In this document: piece after piece, positions 9,158-18,060 of the stretch
Layout: the number at the start of each line of letters is the position of its first letter
Position numbering within the stretch: the stretch's first letter is position 1
NCBI GenBank assembly: GCA_963794325.1
Contig: CAWCDG010000002.1
Span: 576,001-640,000 of the forward strand
Reading direction: 5' to 3'
DNA: 64,000 nucleotides
From: an uncultured delta proteobacterium
GTDB lineage: Bacteria > Desulfobacterota > Binatia > Binatales > Binataceae
The notes under the pieces: generated by a model
What the model saw: the letters and a program-made list of their open reading frames with translations, nothing else
What the model was told of the DNA's origin: nothing
Databases searched by the model: none
Translations under genes and position numbers: made by a program

Positions 9158-12100
9158 TCACGCCTTGGCGTGTCCTCTAGGCAGTTCGGTCGAGCGATCA
9201 ACTTTAGCGCTCGCTCGTTTGGCGTGCGGAGCCTCATTCGACGCCGCATCATCGGCTTCGCGAGTCAGCTTCAATTTTGGACGCAAACCGGAAAGCGCGA
9301 CGACTGAGGTGCGCATCAGGTCTGCGATTTTGCGATACGCGCCCGCGCCTTCCGAGCTGTTCGCGAGTTCGCGAAGCTCCGCCGCGGTGATCGCGCGACC
9401 GATGCGGACTTCCACCGGATGGCGCCGCGGAATGAGACTGCCCTTGCCCATCACGTCATGCGTGCCGCGAATCAGCACCGGCAGCACGTCGCATCGGCTG
9501 CGCAACGCGAGGAATCCAGCGCCGCTCTTGAACTCGTGGATCTCGCCGTCGCCCGAGCGCGTGCCTTCGGGGAACATCAGAACGCTCCGTCCCTGCGCAA
9601 GCTCGGCGAGCGCGTCTTCAAGCGACTCGAGTTGCGCGCGTTCGCGATCGAACGGCATCATCGAGGTGAAGTTTGCGGCGAGAAAACGTCGCGCCGGGGT
9701 GTTGAAGAAATAATCCTTGGCGGCGAGTACCCGGATGTCGTCGCCAATCGCGCCGAGCGCGTAGCCGACCAGGCTGAAATCGAGATGACTCGAATGATTC
9801 GCGACGACGATAAAGTTGCGATTGGCCGGGATATTCCCGCGCCCGAGAATTTTCGGCTTCAGCCATCCGTCGAAAACCGCGCGCGACGCACCGCGTACTG
9901 CAAAGCGGCCGATCCATTTTAACGGCGCCGGCAGGTACGGAGTGTAAGGCTCGGCGAACTTCGCGTATGAGGGCATGCGCGGACGTCCGTTGCCGCCGGG
10001 CTGAGTCGCGAGCAGTTGCAAGTCCGCGACGGTGCGCAGATCGGCAATTTCCTCCACCGCGATATCGCGACTCGCGCGTTCGCCGATCAGCTCGCCGATT
10101 TCGGCAAGCGCGAGCGAGTCGAGGCCCAGGTCTTCGATCAGCCGCGTCGCCGGCGTGATATTGACCTGCTCCGTTGTGACCGACGCCAGCGCTTCCGCGA
10201 GCCATGTCTCGATCTCGGAGCCGCTGCTGTCGACGTTGGCGTCGCCGGTGCGGACGTCGAGCATTCGCCGCAGCGTCGCGACTACGTCGGCGCGTTTGAT
10301 CTTGCGGGTGCGCGTGCGCGGCAGTTCGGTGTCGGTGAAGCGAAGAATCCTGATTCGTTTGTGCGAGCTGAGTTCGCGCGCGACTTTGTCGAAGTCGCTG
10401 CGCAGCTGGTCCTCGACCGCGCGACGGCTCTCGCCGCGGGAGTAGGCAGGCACGACCAGCGCCGCCACCTGCTCACCGCGGCCCACCTTCAGGCCGACGA
10501 CCGCCATCTCCTTGACGTACTGCGAGCGGCCGTAAATTTCCTCGAGCTCTTCGATGTAGATGTTGTTGCCGCCGGAATCGACGATGACTTCCTTGGCGCG
10601 GCCGACGATGTACAAACGCCCGTCGTCGTCGAAGCTCCCGAGGTCTCCGGTGTGAAGCCATCCGTCGCGCAAGACTTCGGCGGTCGCGGCTTCATTGCGA
10701 TAGTAACCCGCCATCACGTTCGGGCCGCGCGCGACTATCTCGCCTATCGATCCGGTCGCCGGCATCAACTTTATCTCGACGCCGTTCAGCGGCTTTCCAA
10801 CCGCGCCGACTTGCAGCGGTTCATCCGGTCGGGCGACGGCCAGCACGGGCGCCGCTTCGGTCAGACCGTAACCTTCGAGCAGCGGGATTCCGATATCGTT
10901 GAAAAACGCGGCGACGCGATGGGGCAGGGCGGAGCCGCCGCTGACGGCGAGCCGCAGGCGTCCGCCCAGTGCGGAATGAACCTGGCGGAAAACAATCGAG
11001 CCGAAGTTGAGGCCCGAGTTCGTGTCGAGCCGGCGATTCAGATCTCGCAGGTTGTCGAAGGCGGCGTGAAAGAAAGGGCCGCGCGCTTCGACTTCATCGA
11101 CAATCCGCCGATGGACCGCTTCCCACACTGCGGGCACTCCTATCAGCGCGGTCGGGCGAACGTCGGCGAGCGTGCGCGAGAGGGTCTTCGCATCGACCTC
11201 GAGCGGATAGACAATCGTCGCGCCGCTGGCGATCGGCAGCAGCATGCCGCAGGTGAACTCGAACGCGTGATGCAACGGCAGGAGCGACAGTACGACATCG
11301 TCGGCGCCCAGCAAAAACACGCGCGAGAGCATCGCAATCTCGGCGGCGAAGTTCGCATGCGACAGCATCACACCCTTGGGCGCGCCGGTGCTGCCACTGG
11401 TGAACAGGATCGACGCGAGCGCCTTTCGCTCAGGTGGCGGAGGAGTAGTTTTCGCGTCGCCGCGCAGGATGAATGGCCGAGCGAGTTCCGCGAGATCGAT
11501 CTCGATCAGCTTCGGATGATCGTCCTTTAGCGCGGAGCCTAAGCGCTTGTGCGTTGTGCTCGAACGCAGTGCAGCCGCGGGCTCCGCGATTTTGCAGAGG
11601 GGCACGAGCTCCTCGGCGGAAATCAGGTGGTCGAGCGGCACGGCAATCGCGCCCGCACACAAAATCGCGAAATAGCCGAGCACCCAATCAGGCGAGTTCT
11701 CACCGATCAGCAGCACGCGATCGCCGGGCTTGATTCCACGCGTGGCGAGCAGCAACGCAGCGCGATGCGCCCGGTCGCGCAGCTCGCGATATGTCGTCTG
11801 CGTCTGATCGCCCGACGGCCGCCGCGCAATCATCGCGACTCGCGAGCCGTAGCGGTCCGCGGCGCGCTCGAGCATATCGACCAGGCTCCGATGACGCGGC
11901 AGTGACTTGGCTCTGCCGCGCGTGTGCAGATCGAGCTGCGGGAAAATATGGCGCCGCAGGCCGGGCAGGTGAATGTTGATCCAGTAGTCGTGCCAATCGA
12001 TCAGATCGGGACGGAACGGATGATGTTCGGCGTCGGCGGGCTTGAGCGACGCATAAAGCGCGCGAATGTTGCTCGCATGAAAAGTATAAACGAGCTCCTG

Positions 12101-13528
12101 GATATAGGGGCGATAGACTTCGACCAGCTCGCGCGCGAGGTCGGTGTTTTCCTTGAACTTGTCGATCCCGCTCGCGATCTTTTTCGCGCGCTGATTTTCC
12201 TCACCCACCACGCTGCGCGCGAATGCCGCCGCTTGCTTGAGAATCCGCGGAACCGTGTTGCTCGCCAGGTCGTAAGTATTTTGCGAGACGACGACAGCTT
12301 CCAGATGCGGCCCGAGCCAGCGCATCGAGCCACTGTCCTTGCGATGCTCGCGGCGATTGCTTAGCGCAGTCAGCTCTACCAGCCGGCGCATCGGCAGCGG
12401 ATTCCGATCCGACGTGCACAGTTGGTAGATCGGCTTGTGCTTGCGTGACAGCAGCGCGCCAAGAATCGGGATCATCGCGTGCGCCGCGAGGTCGACCGGG
12501 ATCACGTCGAGCACCAGCTCAGCCTTGGCGGGATAAAATCGGTAGCCGCGGCCCGCGAGGTAAGTCAGCGGCGCGCTGGTGTTGACGCCCTGGTTCCATC
12601 CAGGGAACGGATCGCGCAGCGCGCTTTCGATCACCGCCGGGCGCACAACCGTCACCTCGAGCCTCTCACGATTCGCGAGCACCAACTGCTCGCCGAGGCT
12701 CTTGGTGTAGCTGTACGTGTTGGGCCATCCCCAACTCTGCGCGCGCTTGCGCCCGACGTCCTTGAGGCGCTCCTCGACCCATTGCTTGCGCCGGTGCTCG
12801 ACCGCGGACTCGCGCGGATTGCTATCGTTGTCGTTTTCGTTGTCTTCCTCGCGGCGAAACTCCGCATGCCGCAATTGATCGCGGGACTCCGCCTGCACTC
12901 GCTCGATCGCCGCAAGCGCATCGCGTATTTCGCGCTCGAGTCGAAACGACTTGCGCCCATTGGGACACCAGTCGTGCGGGATGTCGTCTTCGTAGCGATG
13001 CCCGTCGGCGCTCCCCGCGACGTAGCACGTCGATATATGCATCATCGCGGCGCCGACGTTGCCACAAAACTCGATCACATTGGCGACGCCGGTCGTGTTG
13101 ACCTCGATCGCTTTCTCCAGCGACGCCTCGAAGTTCACCAGCCCGGCGCTATGCACGACCGCATCGAGGCTGCCCGCCTTGAACCGCTTCGCTTCTTCGG
13201 CGAGCAGGCCTTGGTTGGTGATGTCGCCGGGAACGATGACGATCTTTTCTTCGATGTATCGATCGAAGCTGGCGCCAAGCTGTTCGCGCAGCGGCGCAAA
13301 TACCGGCGAGTCGAGAATCTCGCGGCGGAAGCGGCCGACGCTGCTCCGCCGATCGCCCCGAATCAGCAGATATACGCGTTCGATCTCGGGATGCCATCGC
13401 AACAGGATCGCGAGAAACACCTTGCCGAGAAATCCCGTCGCGCCAGTCAGCAGGATGCGACGGCCTTTGAGCACCTGCTCGAGCCCCGGCGTGGAGGCTC
13501 CGTTGCGCTTGCCGTTGCTACTCGACAT
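9158..13528 (-). CDS. elbD: Multifunctional fatty-acyl-CoA reductase / acyl-CoA synthetase / ACP / acyltransferase (ElbD-like)
   Basis: TGATGFLGK and YSYTK (FAR); FTSGSTGAPKG, GYGLTE and TGD (AMP-binding); DLGLDSL (ACP); NHSSHLD and FPEGTRS (PlsC acyltransferase). Confidence 0.88.
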   Translation of the reverse strand: MSSSNGKRNGASTPGLEQVLKGRRILLTGATGFLGKVFLAILLRWHPEIERVYLLIRGDRRSSVGRFRREILDSPVFAPLREQLGASFDRYIEEKIVIVPGDITNQGLLAEEAKRFKAGSLDAVVHSAGLVNFEASLEKAIEVNTTGVANVIEFCGNVGAAMMHISTCYVAGSADGHRYEDDIPHDWCPNGRKSFRLEREIRDALAAIERVQAESRDQLRHAEFRREEDNENDNDSNPRESAVEHRRKQWVEERLKDVGRKRAQSWGWPNTYSYTKSLGEQLVLANRERLEVTVVRPAVIESALRDPFPGWNQGVNTSAPLTYLAGRGYRFYPAKAELVLDVIPVDLAAHAMIPILGALLSRKHKPIYQLCTSDRNPLPMRRLVELTALSNRREHRKDSGSMRWLGPHLEAVVVSQNTYDLASNTVPRILKQAAAFARSVVGEENQRAKKIASGIDKFKENTDLARELVEVYRPYIQELVYTFHASNIRALYASLKPADAEHHPFRPDLIDWHDYWINIHLPGLRRHIFPQLDLHTRGRAKSLPRHRSLVDMLERAADRYGSRVAMIARRPSGDQTQTTYRELRDRAHRAALLLATRGIKPGDRVLLIGENSPDWVLGYFAILCAGAIAVPLDHLISAEELVPLCKIAEPAAALRSSTTHKRLGSALKDDHPKLIEIDLAELARPFILRGDAKTTPPPPERKALASILFTSGSTGAPKGVMLSHANFAAEIAMLSRVFLLGADDVVLSLLPLHHAFEFTCGMLLPIASGATIVYPLEVDAKTLSRTLADVRPTALIGVPAVWEAVHRRIVDEVEARGPFFHAAFDNLRDLNRRLDTNSGLNFGSIVFRQVHSALGGRLRLAVSGGSALPHRVAAFFNDIGIPLLEGYGLTEAAPVLAVARPDEPLQVGAVGKPLNGVEIKLMPATGSIGEIVARGPNVMAGYYRNEAATAEVLRDGWLHTGDLGSFDDDGRLYIVGRAKEVIVDSGGNNIYIEELEEIYGRSQYVKEMAVVGLKVGRGEQVAALVVPAYSRGESRRAVEDQLRSDFDKVARELSSHKRIRILRFTDTELPRTRTRKIKRADVVATLRRMLDVRTGDANVDSSGSEIETWLAEALASVTTEQVNITPATRLIEDLGLDSLALAEIGELIGERASRDIAVEEIADLRTVADLQLLATQPGGNGRPRMPSYAKFAEPYTPYLPAPLKWIGRFAVRGASRAVFDGWLKPKILGRGNIPANRNFIVVANHSSHLDFSLVGYALGAIGDDIRVLAAKDYFFNTPARRFLAANFTSMMPFDRERAQLESLEDALAELAQGRSVLMFPEGTRSGDGEIHEFKSGAGFLALRSRCDVLPVLIRGTHDVMGKGSLIPRRHPVEVRIGRAITAAELRELANSSEGAGAYRKIADLMRTSVVALSGLRPKLKLTREADDAASNEAPHAKRASAKVDRSTELPRGHAKA

Positions 13529-15158
13529 CCGCAATTACCAGTGGCGGCAGGTGCAGGTAAGTTATTTCGGCCGAGCGCCCAAGCTCCGAGGTCGCCATCG
13601 CGATCGCTTCGTCGAGCGTGTCGGCCGCTTCCCATCCGAGGCGTGCTGCAACTTCGGGCTCCTCGCATCCCGCTGCGATCACCCGCCCGACGTGCTGGCG
13701 CGCAGGCTCGCCCCAGTACCACATGTAGAACGGATGCACGCCGTGATACGCGTTGCCGTAGCGGTACATATGGATGTACGTCGGGTTGCGCGCGAACTCG
13801 CGCTCGAAAGTTTTCTCGAGCTCGACGGCGTCGGTCGTCTCGGCGAGGCATCGATGGAAAAACTCGATGTAGCTCGGATGATGCTCGGGATGAAACTCGT
13901 CGCGCAGCGGATGACAGATGATCATCGTGCCGCCTTCACGCACCAGCGGCTTGTTCCGATACATGTTGAACAGGTAGCCAAGGCCGGTGCACTGCACGAG
14001 CACGGGATTCATGATCGAGTTCACATTGTACGGACAGATATACGGCACGCCGACGATCAAAATATCGGCCTGTCCCTTCACCGGCACCGCGTATTGCTGG
14101 AACGCGCGCGCGAGCGCCTTCTGATGCACCGTCTCGGTATCGCCCGCCCACACGCCGATCATTCCGTACGGCGCCGCGTAGTTGTGCAGCACGCTGCGGC
14201 GCATCTCGTTGGACATATTCCGCATCGTCCACTGAAAGCCCTTCAGCCGCGTGCGATCCCAGTCGGTGAACTGGTCCTCGTTCTTATGCAGGAAATCGAG
14301 CATCCCGCCGTACATCCGCGTATTCACCGCGGTCTCGATCTGGAAAATATTGACCGACTCGTGAATCAGCTTGCCCATCCGGTCCGACGAGCGATGCAGC
14401 GCCGAGCGCGTCGGGTCCATGTACGAGTGCGAGTCACGCAGCGTCCCGACGTTGTGGTGATGCCGCAAACTCTGATACGGCGCGAGTCCCACTGCGACCG
14501 ACTTGTGCCCGCCGTCCATCGGCACCAGGTTGATGTTCAAATAAATGAGCAGGTCCGAATCGACCGCGCGCCGCGACAGCCACACTTCCTCGCCGTGATC
14601 CGTCTTGCCGAGCATCGCGAGCTCGGCGCGATTTTCCGCGTCGAAGTTGTACAGCCGGTCCGGCCAGTACTGCTTGAAGGCGCGCTCACCGACGATGCGC
14701 CGAATCTCCGCCTCGGTCATCCGTCGATGCAACGACGTCGCGATCACGAGATGCACGTCGTCAACGCCATAGTCGGCCAGCGTCTGGAGCACTTGGTTGA
14801 GCAGCCGCTCGCGAATGTCGGGCCGACGCATCTGCGGCAGAGGCAGGCTGATGTCGTCGATCGCGATCGTCACGCGCATGTTGGGACTCAACTGCGCGAA
14901 CAGGGGATCCTGGTTCTCGGGATGGAGCAGGGCGTAGCGAATCGCCTGGTCGGCGTCGGCGACCGGGTCCATCGGCGGCGGCGGATAGATCACGCGCGTG
15001 CCGACCGGCAACTTCTCGAACAGAAATTCCTCGCCATACGGAATGATGCGGCGCTCCGAGCGCCGATTCACTTTGACCACCAGATCGCTGCGCGCGCCGA
15101 TTTCATGCCGCAGTTCGGCAGTTTTCAGTTCCTTGAGTTTTGCTTCAGGCCGCGCCAT
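13518..15158 (-). CDS. Lactate racemase LarA/DUF2088-domain protein (ElbC-like)
   Basis: ALLHP...VTIAIDDISLP...ATSLHRRMT and DGGHKS motifs; ATG at 15158 overlaps the upstream stop. Confidence 0.8.
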   Translation of the reverse strand: MARPEAKLKELKTAELRHEIGARSDLVVKVNRRSERRIIPYGEEFLFEKLPVGTRVIYPPPPMDPVADADQAIRYALLHPENQDPLFAQLSPNMRVTIAIDDISLPLPQMRRPDIRERLLNQVLQTLADYGVDDVHLVIATSLHRRMTEAEIRRIVGERAFKQYWPDRLYNFDAENRAELAMLGKTDHGEEVWLSRRAVDSDLLIYLNINLVPMDGGHKSVAVGLAPYQSLRHHHNVGTLRDSHSYMDPTRSALHRSSDRMGKLIHESVNIFQIETAVNTRMYGGMLDFLHKNEDQFTDWDRTRLKGFQWTMRNMSNEMRRSVLHNYAAPYGMIGVWAGDTETVHQKALARAFQQYAVPVKGQADILIVGVPYICPYNVNSIMNPVLVQCTGLGYLFNMYRNKPLVREGGTMIICHPLRDEFHPEHHPSYIEFFHRCLAETTDAVELEKTFEREFARNPTYIHMYRYGNAYHGVHPFYMWYWGEPARQHVGRVIAAGCEEPEVAARLGWEAADTLDEAIAMATSELGRSAEITYLHLPPLVIADVE

Positions 15159-15966
15159 CCGAGCCTCGCGTCGATCGTTCACTGTCGTTGTTGAAATCAG
15201 GATCGTTGTCGAAATCGTCACGCAGCTTCGAATCCGCTGCCTTCTCGAAATGGATCACCGGCCATTGCCGGCTGAGCGCCGCGGCGCGCAATCTGCGATC
15301 GGGATTGACTGCGACCGGATGCCCGAGTTTCGCGAGAAACGCGGTGTCGTAGTGCGAGTCAGCGTAACCCCAGCAATCCGCCAGGTCCAAATCGTGCGAC
15401 GCAGCGTAGTCGTCGCACCACACCGCCTTTTCATCACCGGCCATCACCGGCTCGGCCAGCCGGCCGGTCGCGCGGCCGCGGCTGAAAACGAATCGGTTCG
15501 CCGCGAATTCCGCGATTCCAAGATGACGCGCGAGCGGCGCGACGATGAAATCCGGCGAACCGGTGACGAGCACCGGCTCGATTCCGGCCTCGCGATTCGC
15601 CTCGATCAACTCCACCGCGCGCGGAAAAAGATGGCCGATGAGGATTCGCTCGCAATATTCCTCGCCCAGCGAAAATAATCGGTCGCGTGAGACGCCTTTG
15701 AACGCCTCGAACAGCACCGTGTTCAAGGTTCGGCGGTCGCGATTCTCGGCGATATACAAGCGCGGGATTCGCGCGGCGAATCCGAGCATGTACGACACGC
15801 GCCCGCTCCATTCGCCGACGTTGGCGAGTGTGAAAATCGCCGCATGCACCAGGTTCAGATCAACCAGCGTCCCGTCGAGATCGTAGAATGCCACGCGGCG
15901 CTTCTGAGGCCTGGAAGCCTTGGGGGCGTGGCCGTTGAATGCTTTCTTGTGATTCGGAACTGACAT
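15145..15966 (-). CDS. HAD-IB family hydrolase/phosphatase (ElbB-like)
   Basis: AFYDLDGTL, LVTGS, K and YADSHYD...AVNPD motifs. Confidence 0.9.
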   Translation of the reverse strand: MSVPNHKKAFNGHAPKASRPQKRRVAFYDLDGTLVDLNLVHAAIFTLANVGEWSGRVSYMLGFAARIPRLYIAENRDRRTLNTVLFEAFKGVSRDRLFSLGEEYCERILIGHLFPRAVELIEANREAGIEPVLVTGSPDFIVAPLARHLGIAEFAANRFVFSRGRATGRLAEPVMAGDEKAVWCDDYAASHDLDLADCWGYADSHYDTAFLAKLGHPVAVNPDRRLRAAALSRQWPVIHFEKAADSKLRDDFDNDPDFNNDSERSTRGSDGAA

Positions 15967-15967
15967 G

Positions 15968-16636
15968 TCAGTCTAGTTGAGGCCCAAAAAAAGAGCGATT
16001 GCCCACCGGTCTATCGCCAGCCGCTTCTTCACGCTTAGGTACGAATTTCAACAATTCCGGACGCGCGACTCCGCACAAGCCGAACTGCAGTATTTCCTCG
16101 ACCAACGCCGACGGGTCGACGTCGTTGCCGCGCGAGAGCATCCCGATCAATTCCTTGATTCCGCCCAGGATCGCGTACGACACCGCGCGCGTATCCGAGT
16201 TGCGCACCAGGTTCATCTCGATTCCGAGATCGAGCGATCGTTTAATCAGCGCTGCGATCCGATCGTAAAAATCCTGGATCTTGTCGTCGAGCTCGTGATC
16301 GAATCCGGTCGAATGATTGAGCAGTATGTCGGTAAGCTCCCGCTCCGCCATCGCATAGCTCAGCACCCGGGTCAGATTCGCCCGCAACTGATCGACCGGG
16401 TCCGGCTCCCCGGGTCCCGGGCGCAGCCGCTGAATCCGAAGCGTCAATTCGGTGACCGCCTGCTCGAGCAGCTCCTCGAACAGGTCCTTCTTGTTCTGGA
16501 AATAAAGATAGAACGTGCCACGCGCGATGCGGGCGCGGGCAATGATGTCCGCGACATTAGTCCTATGATATCCCTTGCGGGCAAAGATGCGCTTGGCGTG
16601 ACGCAGCACCTGCGCGCGTCGGGCTTGACGTTCCAT
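15968..16636 (-). CDS. TetR/AcrR family regulator
   Basis: FARKGYHRTNVADI...ARGTFYLYFQNKKDL HTH. Confidence 0.92.
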   Translation of the reverse strand: MERQARRAQVLRHAKRIFARKGYHRTNVADIIARARIARGTFYLYFQNKKDLFEELLEQAVTELTLRIQRLRPGPGEPDPVDQLRANLTRVLSYAMAERELTDILLNHSTGFDHELDDKIQDFYDRIAALIKRSLDLGIEMNLVRNSDTRAVSYAILGGIKELIGMLSRGNDVDPSALVEEILQFGLCGVARPELLKFVPKREEAAGDRPVGNRSFFGPQLD

Positions 16637-16726
16637 CGCGGCTTCTCCGTGGATACTTTTCAGCGTAGTTCGAGACGGCGCGCAGTGTCAAATCAGTAAT
16701 CGGGGGAAGGGTGAATCACTTTATCA

Positions 16727-16880
16727 AATGTGGAACCCGCGGTGGGTTCCACACCTCCTTCGGCAGGGGTGACCCCTGCACCCGGTGTTAAAAAGTTGGA
16801 AGATAGGACCGCGCCGCTTCCCTGCCTCTGTTCCCCCTTTCCGGGTCGGAAAGGGGGTGAGGGGGATGGGACGACGCGAT
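16727..16880. repeat. Mosaic of palindromic REP-like elements
   Basis: TGTGGAACCC/GGGTTCCACA hairpin; GGCAGGGGTGACCCCTGCACCC (also near 35038); CCCCCTTTCC/GGAAAGGGGG hairpin. Confidence 0.6.
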
Positions 16881-16893
16881 TCCCACGAAACTT

Positions 16894-16935
16894 CCGGTTC
16901 TCCTTCCCTCGAGGGAAGGGGTTAGGGGTTAGGTT
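16894..16935 (+). repeat. REP-like repeat CCCCTTCCCn4GGGAAGGGGTTAGGGGTTAGG, copy 1
   Basis: Direct reading; about 10 copies in the window. Confidence 0.8.
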
Positions 16936-16992
16936 CCTTGCATCGTTCACCACGCCCCGTGATCGTGCTACGAAAGTGCTTTGGAGGATCAG

Positions 16993-17445
16993 ATGAGCGA
17001 TTCAAAATTTTGGGACAAGGTCCATGCGACCGCCGCGAAGGCGACCTGGGCGTATCTCGCAACGGCCAGCGGGACTCAGCCGAAGGTCCGCGTCGTGCAT
17101 CCCGCGTTCGAAGGCGAGCGGGTCTGGGTCGCGACCGGACGCGCGTCGGCCAAGGCCCGTCATATCGACAAGAACTCGAAGGTCGAGCTGTTCTATCAAA
17201 TCGGCGCCGAGATGGTTCATCTGACGGTCACCGGCAACGCGAAATTCGTCGAAGATATCGCCGAAAAAAAGCGAATCTGGAACAGCAAGGTCTTCGATTA
17301 CGATCTCGCGCAGTTCTGGCCGGGCGGTCCCGAGTCCAAAGACTTCGGCCTGATGCTGATAACACCCGATCGCGTCGAGCTAACCTCCCTGCCCGAAATG
17401 ACAACGGGGATAAAGCCCGAAGTCTGGCACGCCCCGCGCAAATAA
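16993..17445 (+). CDS. Pyridoxamine 5'-phosphate oxidase-like (split-barrel flavin-binding) protein
   Basis: YLAT...PKVR...WVATG..SAKARHIDKNSKVEL pattern; GGAGG RBS before ATG 16993. Confidence 0.82.
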   Translation: MSDSKFWDKVHATAAKATWAYLATASGTQPKVRVVHPAFEGERVWVATGRASAKARHIDKNSKVELFYQIGAEMVHLTVTGNAKFVEDIAEKKRIWNSKVFDYDLAQFWPGGPESKDFGLMLITPDRVELTSLPEMTTGIKPEVWHAPRK

Positions 17446-17461
17446 GTTCTCGCCTGCGATT

Positions 17462-17499
17462 GTTCCCCTTCCCTCGAGGGAAGGGGTTAGGGGTTAGGT
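17462..17499 (+). repeat. REP-like repeat, copy 2
   Basis: GTTCCCCTTCCCTCGAGGGAAGGGGTTAGGGGTTAGGT between convergent genes. Confidence 0.8.
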
Positions 17500-17504
17500 C
17501 GGCC

Positions 17505-18005
17505 TCACCCCCGCACGCGCTCGCGCGCGAAAATCGCGCGCTCTTCCGCGGTCATTTTTTCGCGGATGCGCGATCCTTTCCCCAGATGCCGATATTCTCC
17601 GCCTTCTGAAAAATATTCCTCGTATGGCTGCGGCGGGATCTCCTCTGCCGGAGGCGTGTCGGTGATTTTCACGCCGAGCACGTCCTCGACCAGATTGCTT
17701 TCGTACATCCGGACCGCGTCGTAGTCCGTCAGCAGCGCGCATACTTCGACGCAAATGTAGCATCCGATGCATTCCTGAAATCGATCCTGCACCGGCTGCA
17801 CGCCGCGTCCCGGAAGCGTGCCGGCCGCAAGGTAATCGATGCATTGCACGGGGCAGAACTCGGGACATTTGCCGCACGGGAAGCACAGGTTCACGTCCAT
17901 GAACGCGACTTCGCGCGGACGCTTTTTTTTCTGTCCGACTTCCTCGGGAGTCTCGGGTATCCGGTCTTCCTTGAGCCGGCGCTTGATGATGTCGATAGCG
18001 CTCAT
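17505..18005 (-). CDS. 2x[4Fe-4S] ferredoxin-like protein
   Basis: CFPCGKCPEFCP and CIGCYICVEVC motifs. Confidence 0.85.
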   Translation of the reverse strand: MSAIDIIKRRLKEDRIPETPEEVGQKKKRPREVAFMDVNLCFPCGKCPEFCPVQCIDYLAAGTLPGRGVQPVQDRFQECIGCYICVEVCALLTDYDAVRMYESNLVEDVLGVKITDTPPAEEIPPQPYEEYFSEGGEYRHLGKGSRIREKMTAEERAIFARERVRG

Positions 18006-18060
18006 AGCTCTATAGTCACGCTATTTCACAGCGCGCGGTCAAGCGTTCGACTGAATCGGG

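Noticed and set aside
9158-13528. NRPS or carboxylic acid reductase
   Set aside because: No condensation domain; the reductase is N-terminal FAR-type and a PlsC domain is C-terminal, matching a lipid synthase.
13059-15194. 711 aa plus-strand ORF
   Set aside because: Antisense shadow of well-supported minus-strand genes, expected from high GC3 codon bias.
16915-16935. Eukaryotic telomere contamination (TTAGGG-like)
   Set aside because: Only two units, always attached to the same hairpin in bacterial intergenic DNA.
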